NCBI GenBank assembly: GCA_016182185.1
Contig: JACOXU010000001.1
Location: 207,251-271,250 of the forward strand
Direction: 5' to 3'
DNA: 64,000 bases
Source of the DNA: Candidatus Levyibacteriota bacterium
Lineage (GTDB): Bacteria > Patescibacteriota > Microgenomatia > Levybacterales > UBA12049
This document shows, one piece after another, positions 56,698 to 64,000 of this stretch. Under the pieces are notes generated by a model. That model saw nothing but the letters and a program-made list of their open reading frames with translations. It had not been told where the DNA came from and made no database searches. Made by a program: the position numbers and the translations under genes. The first letter of the stretch is position 1, and each line of letters starts with the position of its first letter.

Positions 56698-57809
56698 AGA
56701 ATTTTTTTGGAATAAAAGAAAATTAGTAAGATTAACGATGGGAAAAATAGAAATAATGTTTTTAATACTGGTGTTATCTCAAAATGAGTTCCTAAAAACA
56801 TAAAAGGTATATAACGCAAGAGAAGACCGAAAGATAAAGATATAGATAAATAAAAAATGATCTTTTTTTCAGGAATCAAAGCTGTAAACACTAAGAACCA
56901 TATTGCATACCACGGATATATCTCCTCCCTTAACGGGGACAGAAGAAAAATTAGAAACATTGATATTGCTGAAAAATAAATAAATTTTTCAATGTTTAAA
57001 TTTTTATTCTTAATTATTTGAAAGATTCCATAAAAATAAATTGGAATTAAAAATAATGTAGAATATTTTATCAGTACTGAAAGTATTATTGTTAATAAAC
57101 CACTCCAAATTTTTTTCTTTATTAGGAAAAACAATGAAGCAATTGCCAAAAACATCATCACAGTATCATTATGTCCTGAAACCATTGTTTCAATTATAAC
57201 TAGAGGATTTAAGCCAAAAATTATTAATGATATATTTTTTTTTGAAATTTTCCAAATGAAATATAAAGTCCCTATGTAAAAAAGAATATTTAAAAATTTA
57301 AAGCTAAATAGAATTATAAGAAAATTTCCAAAACCCAAGGAAAATGGTATTACGGACAGCAAAATCCAAAATGGTCCATAAAGAGCAATCTTATTTGCGG
57401 CATGTGTAAAAGACAAAAGTGGATCATTTATAAATTCAATTGGCATAATAATATAGGGGTTTTCATGATAAAAGAAAGCAACCTTGGCTGTTGAAATATA
57501 ATTAAAAATATCATATGAAAGCATTGCTGGATATGAAAAAAGTAAGGAAAGAGTTGTAATTGTTATTAAAACTACTACTCCCCTTTTGTTAAGTAACTTA
57601 TTCCTTCCAAACTGAATAAATGATATATAAAATATAAAAAAAATGATGATACCTATTAGATATATTACTGTTGTGATTTCTCTATTATTAAATGCAAAAC
57701 CTGTATACAAATTACTTAAATATATTAAGTTAGGATCTACAAATAGATATGAAAATATGCTAAACGACAGTAGAAAGAGTCCGTATAAAATGAGGAATAA
57801 TTTTTTCAT
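56679..57809 (-). CDS. MptA/B-like (GT87-related) polyprenol-phosphomannose-dependent GT-C
   Basis: SYDIFNY, NPY, YGP.W, NPL, GHND, IK, YPWY. Confidence 0.75.
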   Translation of the reverse strand: MKKLFLILYGLFLLSFSIFSYLFVDPNLIYLSNLYTGFAFNNREITTVIYLIGIIIFFIFYISFIQFGRNKLLNKRGVVVLITITTLSLLFSYPAMLSYDIFNYISTAKVAFFYHENPYIIMPIEFINDPLLSFTHAANKIALYGPFWILLSVIPFSLGFGNFLIILFSFKFLNILFYIGTLYFIWKISKKNISLIIFGLNPLVIIETMVSGHNDTVMMFLAIASLFFLIKKKIWSGLLTIILSVLIKYSTLFLIPIYFYGIFQIIKNKNLNIEKFIYFSAISMFLIFLLSPLREEIYPWYAIWFLVFTALIPEKKIIFYLSISLSFGLLLRYIPFMFLGTHFEITPVLKTLFLFFPSLILLIFFYSKKILWSRNI

Positions 57810-58333
57810 AAATTTTTCCTTCGAATAGATATAGACATTTCTATATCTTTCTTAAGATAGATTTTGGTTGAAAAAGATTTCTCCGGCCTCCAATAAACTT
57901 TTTCCGGAATTCCTTCTCTCAACATCAATAACGCTTCTATATGCTTTAGGCTCGCCTCTTTTAATAATGTCCGTTTTGAATCAATGCTCTCTTTATTAGC
58001 TTTCGAATTGTCAAGATTTGATCGAATATTATAAAAATATTCGTCAGATTTTTTTAGCGCTTTTTGCCCTAATAAAAACTGGTCATATTCAAAAAGCGTT
58101 TTTGCTTCAACTAGATATTTATCTGCTTGTTTAAGATTATAATTAAACTGCCCAAATTTACCAAAATACCAGTATTTTAAGATTTTATCCTTAATAAGAT
58201 TGATTTTGTAAAAAGGGCTTCCTGGCATAAATGATGGGTATGGAAGTACATAAGAAGATTGAGCAAAAATTGGACTATAGAAAAAAAATAAAAACATGAT
58301 AGAAAGGAGAAAAGATCGAAGAATCCACCTCAT
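57806..58333 (-). CDS. Exported DUF5667-like protein
   Basis: Signal peptide (PIFA/Q); YVLPYPSFMPGSPFYKI..ADK.LVE. Confidence 0.7.
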   Translation of the reverse strand: MRWILRSFLLSIMFLFFFYSPIFAQSSYVLPYPSFMPGSPFYKINLIKDKILKYWYFGKFGQFNYNLKQADKYLVEAKTLFEYDQFLLGQKALKKSDEYFYNIRSNLDNSKANKESIDSKRTLLKEASLKHIEALLMLREGIPEKVYWRPEKSFSTKIYLKKDIEMSISIRRKNL

Positions 58334-59325
58334 TTTGAATTTTGAATTTTGAATTTTGAATTATTTTTGCGCCATTCCCATGCGGTTTTAACAATTGTTT
58401 CAAGATCAGAATATTTTGGCTCAAACCCCAATTCCTTTTTAATCTTTGTCGGATCCGCAATTAAAACATCTACATCCCCTGATCTTCTTGAGGAGTTTTT
58501 TACCTTAAAATCAATTCCTGATATTTTTTTTACCATTTCAAGTACTTCTTTATTTGAATATCCTTTTCCGGTTCCAACGTTGTAATAGTAATCATCTGGA
58601 TTTTCTTTTAGTTTTTGAAGCGTTAAAAGATGAGATTCAACTAAATCAATCACATGAATATAATCCCTAATACATGTTCCATCAGGGGTATCATAATCAT
58701 TTCCAAAAAGACTAAATTCGGAGTTTCCTAAGGTTGCTTTAATTGCTAGAGGAATTATATGAGTTTCAGGATCATGATCTTCTCCCATATTTCCATCAAG
58801 AGAGGCGCCAGCTGCATTAAAATAGCGAAGACTTGCAAAGCTCAATCCAAAGATTTTATTATACCAAGCAAGAATTTTCTCAACCATTAATTTACTTTCT
58901 CCATAAGGGTTAGTGGGAAGAGTCTGGTGATCCTCAGATATAGGAGTTTTAATTGGATTCCCATAAACTCCGGCCGTAGAAGAAAAAACTAAAGATTTAA
59001 TATTGTGCCTTACAGCTTGCTCGATCAAATTAAGAGATCCAAGAGTATTGTTTTGAAAATACAATTTGGGATTTTCCATAGATTCTGCCATAGATATATA
59101 TCCTGCGAAATGGATCACGGCATCGAACTTATCGGTGGAAAATGTATTTTCTAGTATTTCAGGATTTAAAAGGTCTCCTTGAACAAACTTTGCTTTCGTA
59201 TCAATAGCTTCTCTTTGACCGCGCTCCAAACTATCAAGCACAACCACATCATCTCCATTTTTTAGAAGTCGCTTAACCATAAAGCTTCCAATATAACCTG
59301 CCCCACCCGTAACCAAGATTTTCAT
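58330..59325 (-). CDS. galE: UDP-glucose 4-epimerase
   Basis: TGGAGYIGS, IHFAG, SSTAGVYG, PYGESK, LRYFNAAGA, ETHIIP, DGTCIRDYIHV. Confidence 0.93.
   Translation of the reverse strand: MKILVTGGAGYIGSFMVKRLLKNGDDVVVLDSLERGQREAIDTKAKFVQGDLLNPEILENTFSTDKFDAVIHFAGYISMAESMENPKLYFQNNTLGSLNLIEQAVRHNIKSLVFSSTAGVYGNPIKTPISEDHQTLPTNPYGESKLMVEKILAWYNKIFGLSFASLRYFNAAGASLDGNMGEDHDPETHIIPLAIKATLGNSEFSLFGNDYDTPDGTCIRDYIHVIDLVESHLLTLQKLKENPDDYYYNVGTGKGYSNKEVLEMVKKISGIDFKVKNSSRRSGDVDVLIADPTKIKKELGFEPKYSDLETIVKTAWEWRKNNSKFKIQNSK
58332..58359. repeat. Perfect heptamer tandem repeat (ATTTTGA)x4 at the galE/DUF5667 junction
   Basis: Four exact copies; encodes the SKFKIQNSK tail; abuts the ATGA overlap. Confidence 0.85.
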
Positions 59326-60104
59326 AATTTTAAGTACTTAATATATGATACAGGAAATCGAAGAGATGAGAAAAGAGAGAAGACAAATCCTGGCCACAAA
59401 TCCATAAAACCTTTATGCCTTAAATAAGTAAAAAGAAACCAATAAACAGGTTTAAAAGTTAAGGAGGCGCCTGCAAAAATTATTTTGTAAAAAATATTTT
59501 TATTTTTTAGCTTTTCTTTAATTTGCGATGCAATAAGATCAGTATATCTATCCCACTTTAAAAGATAATCGTTAAAATCTTTATATGGATAATGTAATAA
59601 CGGGTTTTTAAGATATGTGACTTCTCCTTCAACTTCTGCTTGTTCATGAACATCCTTCTGAGGAAGCCTTCCTTTTCCCCTTTTATACAGTCTTAAAGTA
59701 TAGTCAGGATACTGCCCGCCCTTCATAAGAAATCTACCCAAAAACCAATTTTTTCTCGGAATCCAATATCCATTAACATGACTGACTATTGATGACTGAC
59801 TATTGATGACTGACTTAATCTCTTTTCTAAGTCCTTTGGAGACCACTTCATCTGCATCAAGTTGCAAGATCCAATCAGAAGTTGCCATATCTATAGCCAT
59901 TTGCTTATTGATATGAAAAATAGGTTTATTTGTTGTGATTTTAATTTTGGCTCCGAATTGCTTCGCCTTATCAACTGTCTTGTCACTTGAAGCTCCATCA
60001 ACAACAACAATCTCATCTGCCAAACCATCTACGCTTTCAAGACAAGCTGGAAGATTCTTTTCCTCATTGTAAGTTGCCAAAACCACAGACAAAGTTGCCT
60101 TCAT
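59322..60104 (-). CDS. GT2 glycosyltransferase (WaaE/LgtF beta-1,4-glucosyltransferase-like)
   Basis: TYNEE, DEIVVVD, WILQLDADE, PRKN.FLG, YPDY..RL, VHE. Confidence 0.88.
   Translation of the reverse strand: MKATLSVVLATYNEEKNLPACLESVDGLADEIVVVDGASSDKTVDKAKQFGAKIKITTNKPIFHINKQMAIDMATSDWILQLDADEVVSKGLRKEIKSVINSQSSIVSHVNGYWIPRKNWFLGRFLMKGGQYPDYTLRLYKRGKGRLPQKDVHEQAEVEGEVTYLKNPLLHYPYKDFNDYLLKWDRYTDLIASQIKEKLKNKNIFYKIIFAGASLTFKPVYWFLFTYLRHKGFMDLWPGFVFSLFSSLRFPVSYIKYLKL
59779..59815. repeat. 14-nt (2x7) tandem repeat TGACTGACTATTGA, about 2.5 copies, in frame
   Basis: tgactga ctattga tgactga ctattga tgactga; encodes SVINSQSSIVSH. Confidence 0.8.
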
Positions 60105-60119
60105 AATACATATGATACC

Positions 60120-61763
60120 CTAAAATTTCGTTTTTATAAACTTGAATAAGTAAAAAGTTAATATACCAAATAAAACAAACGTTGAAGCAATATTGGAAAA
60201 CAATCTTAATTTAGTTTCTCTGTAAACAATTTCAATATCGTGTTTTCCTTCCGGGACGTAAAAGGTTATTAAGCCTCGGAAACGTTGATCTTGAAACTCA
60301 ACTATTGCAGGTTTACTGTCCAACAAAACCGTCCAGCCTGGAAAATATAATGTATTTTCAAGAATTCTGCTTGTTTTCTGGGCGTTAATTTTATAAATAC
60401 GTTTCGTCGTTGACCTTTGAACGAGCTCTATTGATGCTTTTCCGTCAATCAGCTGTATTTGCTCTAAAGCTCTCTTTTCCATAAACCTCACAGACCAGAT
60501 TGGGGAACTTTCACCGGTGTCAGTTGTGCTGTTATAAATTCCAGTGTAAAAGTTTTCAGGTTTGTAGAGATAATCTATCGGCCTCATATAATCTTTGCTC
60601 AAAAACAAAAGTAAAATAATCGCAAAGACTGTAAACCAGATTCGAGATTTACGAAAAACCTGCTCAAAAACGACTGCTCCTAATACAGACGTTGTGAAAA
60701 CCGGAATTGCCAAGAATCGCCAGGGAAATTGAAAATTTTGAAGGAGAATAAATTTCTGCCAAATAAAACTAGAGATAGGAAGCATTAAAAAAATCGCAAT
60801 TAATGTATAGACGATTAATCCTAAAGAGAATACCAGGTTTTTTCTATCTTTTTTTATATAAAATTTAGTAAGTAATATAATAGACAAAATAAAACTAGCC
60901 CAATGTAGAATTCCAAGTTGGACCGTAAATTGTCCGGATATACCATAGCTCCACGGTCCATATAGTAAATCTCTGAAATTTACAAACCTTCCGATATAAC
61001 CTCCGGCCGTCACAATATTCCTTAATGTATATTTTCCCTCCAAAAGTCCCGGTATCCAGAAGAATGCAGAAAGGCCGAATCCGATGAGCATTAAAGAAGT
61101 AAGATTTATGATATAAGATTTACGATTTTTAGATAAATTAAGAAGAAAAAATCCATAAAAAATAATAAATGGCATAAGCATAAGGCTAATGGCATTATGA
61201 GAAAGAATTAGGAACGCCAAGGAAAAACCTCCTAGAAAAATGTTGTTCATATTTTTCTTTTTATAAATACTATAAATAAAAAATAAAACAAGAGGTATAA
61301 AAGCAAAAGCGAGATGCTCTCCTATATCTCCCCTTACATAAACTTCAACAAATCTATAAGGCGCATGTGTATATAAAACTGCTCCAAAAAGAGCAGAAAA
61401 CTTGTTAAGAAAAGATGATAACCATAAATACATAAATATTATTGATAATATTGTGCCTAATCCGAAAACTATTTTCACTGAATCAACCAATGAAAATCCC
61501 AAGAAATGAAAAAATGAGGCTGTATAAGATGGAAAAGGATACAGAAACTCAAGGATCGGATGGCCATATCCCCAATTAAGGTTCCCCGCCCAACGAGGAA
61601 TAATATTTCCCTCGGAAAGATTTTGGTAAAAATTTGCAATTCTTGCCACATGATCCTGTCCATCATGAGTAATCGGAAGTCCTGAATGGAAAAGAGATAT
61701 CGCTGGAATAATACCGATAAAAATTAAAACTAAATATAAAAAATGTTTTTTATATTTTTTCAT
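60120..61763 (-). CDS. GT-C membrane protein (PTPS_related/YfhO-like), paralog of 55063-56697
   Basis: THDGQDH, PRWAGNLNWGYG.P, YVRG..GE, SHN, QFPWRF, YFPGW. Confidence 0.8.
   Translation of the reverse strand: MKKYKKHFLYLVLIFIGIIPAISLFHSGLPITHDGQDHVARIANFYQNLSEGNIIPRWAGNLNWGYGHPILEFLYPFPSYTASFFHFLGFSLVDSVKIVFGLGTILSIIFMYLWLSSFLNKFSALFGAVLYTHAPYRFVEVYVRGDIGEHLAFAFIPLVLFFIYSIYKKKNMNNIFLGGFSLAFLILSHNAISLMLMPFIIFYGFFLLNLSKNRKSYIINLTSLMLIGFGLSAFFWIPGLLEGKYTLRNIVTAGGYIGRFVNFRDLLYGPWSYGISGQFTVQLGILHWASFILSIILLTKFYIKKDRKNLVFSLGLIVYTLIAIFLMLPISSFIWQKFILLQNFQFPWRFLAIPVFTTSVLGAVVFEQVFRKSRIWFTVFAIILLLFLSKDYMRPIDYLYKPENFYTGIYNSTTDTGESSPIWSVRFMEKRALEQIQLIDGKASIELVQRSTTKRIYKINAQKTSRILENTLYFPGWTVLLDSKPAIVEFQDQRFRGLITFYVPEGKHDIEIVYRETKLRLFSNIASTFVLFGILTFYLFKFIKTKF
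61102..61129. repeat. Degenerate 7-nt tandem repeat (about 4 units), in frame
   Basis: agattta tgatata agattta cgatttt; encodes NRKSYIINL. Confidence 0.45.
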
Positions 61764-63324
61764 CTTCTATTCGTTTTTGAATAATAAAACCCGATGGCAA
61801 TGTTTGAGTCCATTCAATTTTACCTGATTTAATTACCGTCTCCATCCATCCTTTGTAAGACCATGGTTTTGAAGAATCAACCTCTATCCATAAGTAAAAC
61901 GTGTCTTTTTTTTCTTTGCTAGGAACATAATTATATTTTCTCTGACCATACCACCATATAACATAATCATAGGGATAAGTATAAACCGGAGGGCTAAAAA
62001 CCAAAAGGTTAAATGGTTTTCCTTTTGAATCTTGATAAATGAAATCGAGTGCGTCTATTTTCCCTTTAATTTTTGCCGTTCCTCCGTAATCTTTATAATC
62101 ATAGAAAAATGTTACTGAACCTTTAATAGAGGCGTTGATAACCATTACTATAGTCAAGACAATTCCGACAAGCTGAACAATTTTAAGCTTATATTTAAAA
62201 GAAGAATATAAAATATAGACAAAAAACAGGATGTAAACAAAATAAAGATGTGTTAGATAATAAACATATATTGCTCCTTTAATGAAAGATAAAATAAAAA
62301 AACTGATTATTGGAAGTAGAATAATAAAAAAAAGAAAATTTTTTAACTTTCCTCTTGGTTCCCTTAGGAAAAAGTAAATAAATACAAGGAAAAATAATAT
62401 TAAAAAGAAAGTATTTTGTACAGGAAAAACTCGTTGAAAAGTATCAAGAAAATTGTAAATAAATAATCCAAAATGATCTTTTAGATTTAGCTCAATAAAT
62501 TTAGCCGTTACGATATTTTTTTCTCTAATAAAGATGTACGTATATATTCCATTAATTGTTGTAAAACCATGTCTAATCTCAAAGAAAATCATAGGAGCAA
62601 AAGCCAAGATGAAACCAGAGAATAAAGTGATAAACTTGATAATTCTTTCTTTTCTGATAATAAATATATAGAAAAGGATAACAGTCAAACTAAGAGGTGT
62701 GGCGACTGCAAGCTGAAAATTATAGGAAAAACCTGCAAAGAATGAAGTAAGAAATAGATTTCTCAATTTTATTTGTTTTTCCTCAAGACTCTTAAGTAAA
62801 AAATAGAAAGACAGCAGGATAAAAATAGTTGAGCCATGGGTATTCCAGACAAAACGAGAATAAGATATTAAAGGAGGAGATATGGCAATAAGAAGCGACG
62901 TTACGATCCCTGCCCAACGTCCTAATAATTTTTTTCCAAGAAGATAACCGAGAAAAATTGTGATTGCTCCATAAAGAAATGTCAGTAAAACCCCACCGTA
63001 TGGATTACCATTTAAGACAGCGAAAAAAGTCGCCAGAAAAAAATAATGTAAAGGGCCGTGGAATACTCCTTGAAATCCAGCAGATCCTGCTCCAATCTCA
63101 GAACCAATCAGCGTCAGCTTCTTATCTACCACGATATTTTTAACTGCGAGATAATCCCTGCCCTGATCAAAGCCAAATAAATAGTTTCCGCTTAAGACTT
63201 CCGCTGCTCGCGGAAATACGGATAAAAAAATAATTAATGTAATTATTAAATATTCGATAATTTTCAAGGTTTTTTTAGAAAAAATTTTCTCTCTGTTATT
63301 TTTCAAAAAAGTTTTTGTTTTCAT
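61750..63324 (-). CDS. ArnT/PMT-like GT-C membrane glycosyltransferase
   Basis: FGFDQGRD, TLIG, GPLHY, SRFVWN, FEIRHGF; multi-TM. Confidence 0.78.
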   Translation of the reverse strand: MKTKTFLKNNREKIFSKKTLKIIEYLIITLIIFLSVFPRAAEVLSGNYLFGFDQGRDYLAVKNIVVDKKLTLIGSEIGAGSAGFQGVFHGPLHYFFLATFFAVLNGNPYGGVLLTFLYGAITIFLGYLLGKKLLGRWAGIVTSLLIAISPPLISYSRFVWNTHGSTIFILLSFYFLLKSLEEKQIKLRNLFLTSFFAGFSYNFQLAVATPLSLTVILFYIFIIRKERIIKFITLFSGFILAFAPMIFFEIRHGFTTINGIYTYIFIREKNIVTAKFIELNLKDHFGLFIYNFLDTFQRVFPVQNTFFLILFFLVFIYFFLREPRGKLKNFLFFIILLPIISFFILSFIKGAIYVYYLTHLYFVYILFFVYILYSSFKYKLKIVQLVGIVLTIVMVINASIKGSVTFFYDYKDYGGTAKIKGKIDALDFIYQDSKGKPFNLLVFSPPVYTYPYDYVIWWYGQRKYNYVPSKEKKDTFYLWIEVDSSKPWSYKGWMETVIKSGKIEWTQTLPSGFIIQKRIEDEKI

Positions 63325-64000
63325 GTTTCTGTTATTACAACAACTACATTCCCGTCAAGATTTTTAAATTCTGTTACGGATTGTATATCTTTAGGAAAAT
63401 CTGTGGGATTACCAACATAAAGAGTTTTTTCTTTTTTGACTTCACTATTCCAATTGATAGGCCGGAATTCGTACTTTCCAATTTTATGTGTTGCCGCAAA
63501 ACCCCCCGAAAGTGTTCCCCCCTGCTTAAGATATTTTTCCGGATCATATTTAGTATGAAAAAGAAAAAACATATATGATTGATAAAGATTATCCTTATTC
63601 GATAAAACTATATGGTTATAATCATTTTGTCTTGAAAATACATATGGGATAGCCTGAGTTAAACCGTATTGAAAAGATTTGGATTGTTCCTTTGGAAAAT
63701 TATTGAAATAATTTTTGAAAAGAGTAAATAAACTAAATAAAGTAACGAGTAAAAAAAGAGAGAGTATCCACAGCTTAAGCTTTCGTAATTTGTAAAATAA
63801 ATAACCCAAACCAAGCGCAGTAAATATTTGCCAGACTGGAACGAAATTGTACGATCTCATCGCATGAGGGGCTTGTGTGGCAATTGAAGCAGGAACTGCC
63901 GATAATAAAAACCATAGTAAGATTAATTTTTTATAATTAGCATCAACCTCTTTTCGTAGAAGAATAAACCCTGTCCCAAAAATTATAAAAGGGGCCTGCC
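63321..64000 (-). CDS. ArnT/PMT-like GT-C, 3' part (start lies beyond the window end)
   Basis: Frame is open upstream of the track's ATG 63860 to the window end: QAPFIIFG..LWFLLSAVPASIATQAPHAMRS. Confidence 0.75.
   Translation of the reverse strand, partial: QAPFIIFGTGFILLRKEVDANYKKLILLWFLLSAVPASIATQAPHAMRSYNFVPVWQIFTALGLGYLFYKLRKLKLWILSLFLLVTLFSLFTLFKNYFNNFPKEQSKSFQYGLTQAIPYVFSRQNDYNHIVLSNKDNLYQSYMFFLFHTKYDPEKYLKQGGTLSGGFAATHKIGKYEFRPINWNSEVKKEKTLYVGNPTDFPKDIQSVTEFKNLDGNVVVVITET

Noticed and set aside
3781-57243. Many A/T 8-9 homopolymers as phase-variation tracts
   Set aside because: Expected in AT-rich, Lys/Phe-rich coding sequence; no frameshifted gene seen
1728-63578. Numerous 60-106 aa ORFs in the track overlapping larger genes
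   Set aside because: All are nested in or antisense to motif-supported CDSs, with no independent signals
63991-64000. GGGGCCTGCC at the window end as the start of a palindromic repeat
   Set aside because: Reads as ordinary coding sequence (QAP) in the open GT-C frame; cannot be extended beyond the window
1-64000. CRISPR arrays, tRNA/rRNA, IS elements, integrases, intrinsic terminators
   Set aside because: None recognised by eye; intergenic spaces are under 90 bp and convergent genes overlap at their stop codons

Overview
AT-rich, densely packed 64-kb window given over almost entirely to surface-glycan or glycoprotein biosynthesis, with nearly all genes on the minus strand. The gene style (DUF5667 proteins, many ArnT/YfhO-like membrane glycosyltransferases, -10 boxes close to start codons, in-frame 7-nt repeats) suggests a Patescibacteria/CPR, Microgenomates-like genome; this is inference. 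Contents: about 14 GT-C-fold membrane glycosyltransferase genes, 3 polyprenol-phosphate sugar synthases, 7 other GT2 and 7 GT4 genes (one GT4 is only an N-terminal half), a Wzx flippase, 4 SAM methyltransferases and an O-acetyltransferase. Nucleotide-sugar genes include RfbF, a Tyv-like epimerase, RmlC/RmlD-like, Fcl-like, a DegT aminotransferase, GalE, and two His-type PLP 3-dehydratases lacking the Fe-S cysteines. There is also a stand-alone CysD-like adenylyltransferase, a COG3379-type AlkP protein, an exported phosphoesterase and a HAD protein. The flanks (about 1-14.2 kb and 50.2-64 kb) carry in-frame heptamer repeats; by eye the central ~36 kb does not, and it looks like an exchanged cassette. 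No rRNA, tRNA, CRISPR or transposase was recognised. All family calls come from motif recognition by eye, not database searches.
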